The notes below the pieces were generated by a model. That model was given only the letters and a program-made list of their open reading frames with translations. It did not search any database and had not been told where the DNA came from. Positions 60,482-64,000 of a DNA stretch of 64,000 nt are shown here, piece by piece. Both the position numbers and the translations under genes were made by a program. This stretch comes from Psammoneis japonica. Its lineage: Eukaryota. Each line of letters begins with the position of its first letter. The stretch's first letter is position 1. The DNA lies in NCBI GenBank assembly GCA_008632985.1, contig QPGO01000024.1:310001-374000 (forward strand), given 5' to 3'.

Positions 60482-63275
60482 ATGACAACATTTGTACGGA
60501 TTTTGACGACCCACACGTTGGACTCGTCTCCGTGCGTTATGCTGTCCTCTCCCAACGGGGATCTGACAATGATTAATTGTGGGGAAGGATGCCAGAGATC
60601 GTTCTTAGAGTCGACGGGCTTACGCGCAAAGTCTGTGAAACGACTCTGTCTGACGCACTTGAGCCACAGCGCTGTGGGCGGCCTACCCGGTATGGTTCTG
60701 ACCACGGCTGATGTTGCCGCCGAGGCATCGAAACAACTGGCTACGAATAAGCAGCAGAAAAAAGCTACGGTCTCTGCTCCTTCAATAGAGAACAATTCCG
60801 CCGTTTCTCAAAAAAGTGGAGGCCTGTTACACAAGCCGCATAATGATACCGCTGGTAGCACTGACAATTCTCGTCCAAAAAGCAACAACAAACGGAAAAC
60901 TTCCACGACACTGAATGCCGCTCCTCCGGAACAATCCGAGAACTTATCTGACTTGGATATAATGGGTCCTCGAGGCACGCGTCAGTTCATGCATGCGCTA
61001 CGGCATTTCATGAGGCGGGACGCATTTCGATTAAATATCAAAGAGGGGGGGAGTTTTCAGCCGAAATCACAGACCCAAGGCAGCAAGAGGCAAAAAATAG
61101 ACGCAAAAGAGGGATTCCATGTCCAATCGATTCCATGTACCCATAGACTCTCATCGAAAGGAGTTAAACTGGACCCGAGAAATGGCACAGATGTCGACGT
61201 CGGTATAAATGTCAAGAAGCAAGCACCAACGACGCCAAGCAGTGACGAAAGCACAGGAGACAATGTGGAGGTTTTGTCGTTTGTGTTTACAACGCCGCCG
61301 ATACCTGGCAAGCTTTTACCTGACAAGGCCAATGAATTAGGAGTCCCTCGTGGTCCGTTGTTTCGCCAACTCAAGAATGGTGAGGCAGTGACGTTTGAGC
61401 ATCCCGTCACAAAGAAATCCACCACAGTGGAGAGTCACGAGGTTGTCACGACCGGGAGCCCTGGAGCTGCTGTCGCGGTTCTTTACTGCCCGTCGTTGTC
61501 TGTGTTGCAGCAAGTAATAAATTCGCCAGTTCTTTCCAAATTGACAGAGACTAGACTGCATGAAAGCAAGACGCAACCTATGCTGGAGCTTGTTATTCAC
61601 ATGGCGCCTGTTCATGTGTTCGAAGCACCACCGTACCAATCATGGATCACATCTCTACCAAAAGCAGTTGAGCACGTATTCATGCAAGCTCCAACCTCTA
61701 TTGTAGACGTAATGCCAACCATTGAAAAATGGAGTAGCCCCTCTCATGCCGCGACCCTGGGAGCCATGACGAGATCATTGCTTCATGAAGGAATCTTTCC
61801 TCCTGTCGTTTCCTCGTCGGACGATCGCCATGCTGAGAATGGTAGGAAACATACCACTTTAAGGACTTCTGAAAATCCAAAAAGCATTACTGGTTGCAGC
61901 GTGATCGATGCCGCCCCTGATTTGGAGTACATCTTGGTACCTCTTTCGAAGAAGGGTTTCATGCAGAACAGCATCGTCAAGTGGGAGTCTCCCACAATGA
62001 TTGACGGTGTCACCGAAGCGGAACGCGATGAAATGAAGAGAATGGCTGACCAGTCAGGAGCTTTGAATCTTGCAAAGTCCATTCGAAACGAGAATTCTGA
62101 GAGTCCGGTAAAGAAAGGTGACGCCTGTGGTGAACTCGTATTTACTGGCACAGGTTCCGCTATTCCGTGCAAGCACCGCAACGTAACAGGCATGTTCTTG
62201 AGAATGGATAACGGAAATGCAATGCTACTGGACATAGGAGAAAACACAATCGGCCAGCTTCTTCGGGTGAAGCACCACCAGCATGACAAGGTCAACTCAA
62301 ATGACGCGGACGGGCTAACTCTTTCGCAGGATATCGAGTTGCTTAGAAGTATCAAAGCCGTCTGGATATCTCATCCACACGCGGACCACCATCTAGGACT
62401 ACTGCGGCTCTTGTCGGAGCGAAATAGTATTTGCGGCCCAGGTGTAGATCCCATTGTGCTCATGGCCCCGGTCAACATGTTTCGTTTCCTTTCGGAATAC
62501 TCAATCGCCGACCCCCGCATCAAAGACAGCTACATTGCTTTGGATTGCAGTGATATGGTCCCGGGAAAACGTAACCCACTCGGAGACAAACTCTACAGTG
62601 ATCTTGGGATCACGTATTGTGTATCCGTGCCAGTAGCGCATTGTGCCCATTCCTATGCGGTTGTGGTGGATGGTACACCATTCGGAAGAGTAACCTACAG
62701 TGGTGATTGCCGTCCCTCTAACCGTTTCGCAGATGTTGGCATCCACGCAGACTTGCTGATTCATGAGGCCACGTTTGGTACGTTGATTCGTCTAGTATCA
62801 CCGTTTTTCGTAGCGTTATATATGTGCAAATCATAATGTTTTTCATCTCACCCATGTCATCTCGCGAAACTCAAATGAAAAAGAGGACGGTATGGAAGAG
62901 GATGCTGCGCTGAAAAGGCATTGCACCGTAAGCGAGGCGCTAGGGATAGGGCATCGAATGAATGCAAAAGCGGTTGTTCTCACTCACTTTTCTCAACGGT
63001 ATCCGCGAATTCCGCCCCTCAAAACCGACGACACTAATCTGCGGACACGTCACAACACTGACGGTGTTCCAGTTGTATTCGCTTTCGATTTCATGACATT
63101 GACGCCACAAACCGTGAAGGTCGCATCGCGTCTGACTCCGGCGCTTCGCCTTTTGTATCCTGAAAATTCGGACCAAGCAGGTGTTGAAAGCGCAAATGGT
63201 GTTGATGGAAGCGATATTACAGCTAAAGAGATCTTGTCAGTACCCGGGCTCTTTGCCAAAAGTGGATTCCTCTAA
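60482..63275 (+). CDS. ELAC2: tRNase Z long form (RNase Z, ELAC2-like); intron 62778-62883
   Basis: NCGEGCQR, PRGP flexible arm, GTGSAIPCKHRNV, LLDIGE, SHPHADHHLG, YSGDCRP, HEATF|EDG, LTHFSQRY. Confidence 0.95.
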
Positions 63276-63313
63276 CACGCCATTCTAAATAAATGGTTTT
63301 ACAGATCCATTTG

Positions 63314-64000
63314 CTACAGCTTCGAGTGTGGTAGCATATCATCAAAAGTTGCTTGAGTCTTACTCGAAGCTGCCATAAAAGACGAGACTAAATCGTCTGT
63401 CATGAGTGCGGCGGAATTGTGGGCAGCAATGTGCTCCAGTCCTTCACTCACAGCACGATCTCTAGAATAGTTGATGGACAATTTGGTGCCTACCACTGCA
63501 ACTGGGCTATTCAAAGCAATTTTTCGGCACAAGCCCAAAGCCTTTACCATCAGTTCGTTTGGATTGGGTGAAGGATTGTAACTCACAAATCCCATTCGTG
63601 CTCCCGTTGCGGCATTCCAGTCTTCACCTGTGAGACAGACTTGCCGCACCCAAGATCCATTGCCAACTATCGTTGGCAGTCTCTGAAGAGTACCAATATC
63701 AGCAGCTAGTCCCAAACGCACTTCCCGGACGCTAAACCAAGTGCCTTCCTCACACAGTCGAACATCCGCGCAGCATACCAAATCTACTCCCGCACCAATG
63801 CATGAACCATGAATGGCAGCGACAACTGGCACAGGGCAACTCTCCACTGCCGTGAAGCACTTTTGCATTTCAATAATCTGCGCTCGAAATGCAATTGCTT
63901 TCCTCGCGGTATCGGCAGTTTTGCTCTCAGAGTCACTCATCATCAACGATGTATCTGAAACATCAAGACCAGAGGAGAAGTTCTTGCCATTTCCCAACAA
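63314..64000 (-). CDS. ECH1: Delta(3,5)-Delta(2,4)-dienoyl-CoA isomerase (crotonase family), peroxisomal; 5' part outside window
   Basis: FSSGLD, IHGSCIGAGVDL, EVRLGLAADIGTLQRLP; C-terminal SKL. Confidence 0.92.
   Translation of the reverse strand: MLGNGKNFSSGLDVSDTSLMMSDSESKTADTARKAIAFRAQIIEMQKCFTAVESCPVPVVAAIHGSCIGAGVDLVCCADVRLCEEGTWFSVREVRLGLAADIGTLQRLPTIVGNGSWVRQVCLTGEDWNAATGARMGFVSYNPSPNPNELMVKALGLCRKIALNSPVAVVGTKLSINYSRDRAVSEGLEHIAAHNSAALMTDDLVSSFMAASSKTQATFDDMLPHSKL

Overview
Eukaryotic DNA, most likely from a diatom (short GT-AG introns, a bipartite plastid presequence, KEA3 with an EF-hand, PTS1 enzymes). The window is a mosaic of two sequence types with sharp borders. (1) Ordinary gene blocks: acyl-CoA oxidase, SDP1-like TAG lipase, pterin carbinolamine dehydratase, TTC38-like protein, RRM/CCCH protein, KEA3, HPPK-DHPS, FLAP1/DUF1517, RNase Z, dienoyl-CoA isomerase, and tRNA-Gln and tRNA-Lys genes. 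(2) Over half the window is repeat, transposon or pseudogene DNA in which TpA has been almost erased by conversion to TpG or CpA. Recognisable proteins there (Penelope-like RT, U2A', a GIY-YIG-like ORF in three copies) show Tyr->Cys/His and Ile(ATA)->Thr(ACA), and paralogous copies differ at TA vs TG/CA. This looks like a RIP-like, repeat-targeted A:T->G:C hypermutation system that is separate from CpG decay and bounded by tRNA genes and short TA-retaining repeats. It is the main finding. Domain borders and dinucleotide statements are by eye, not computed.
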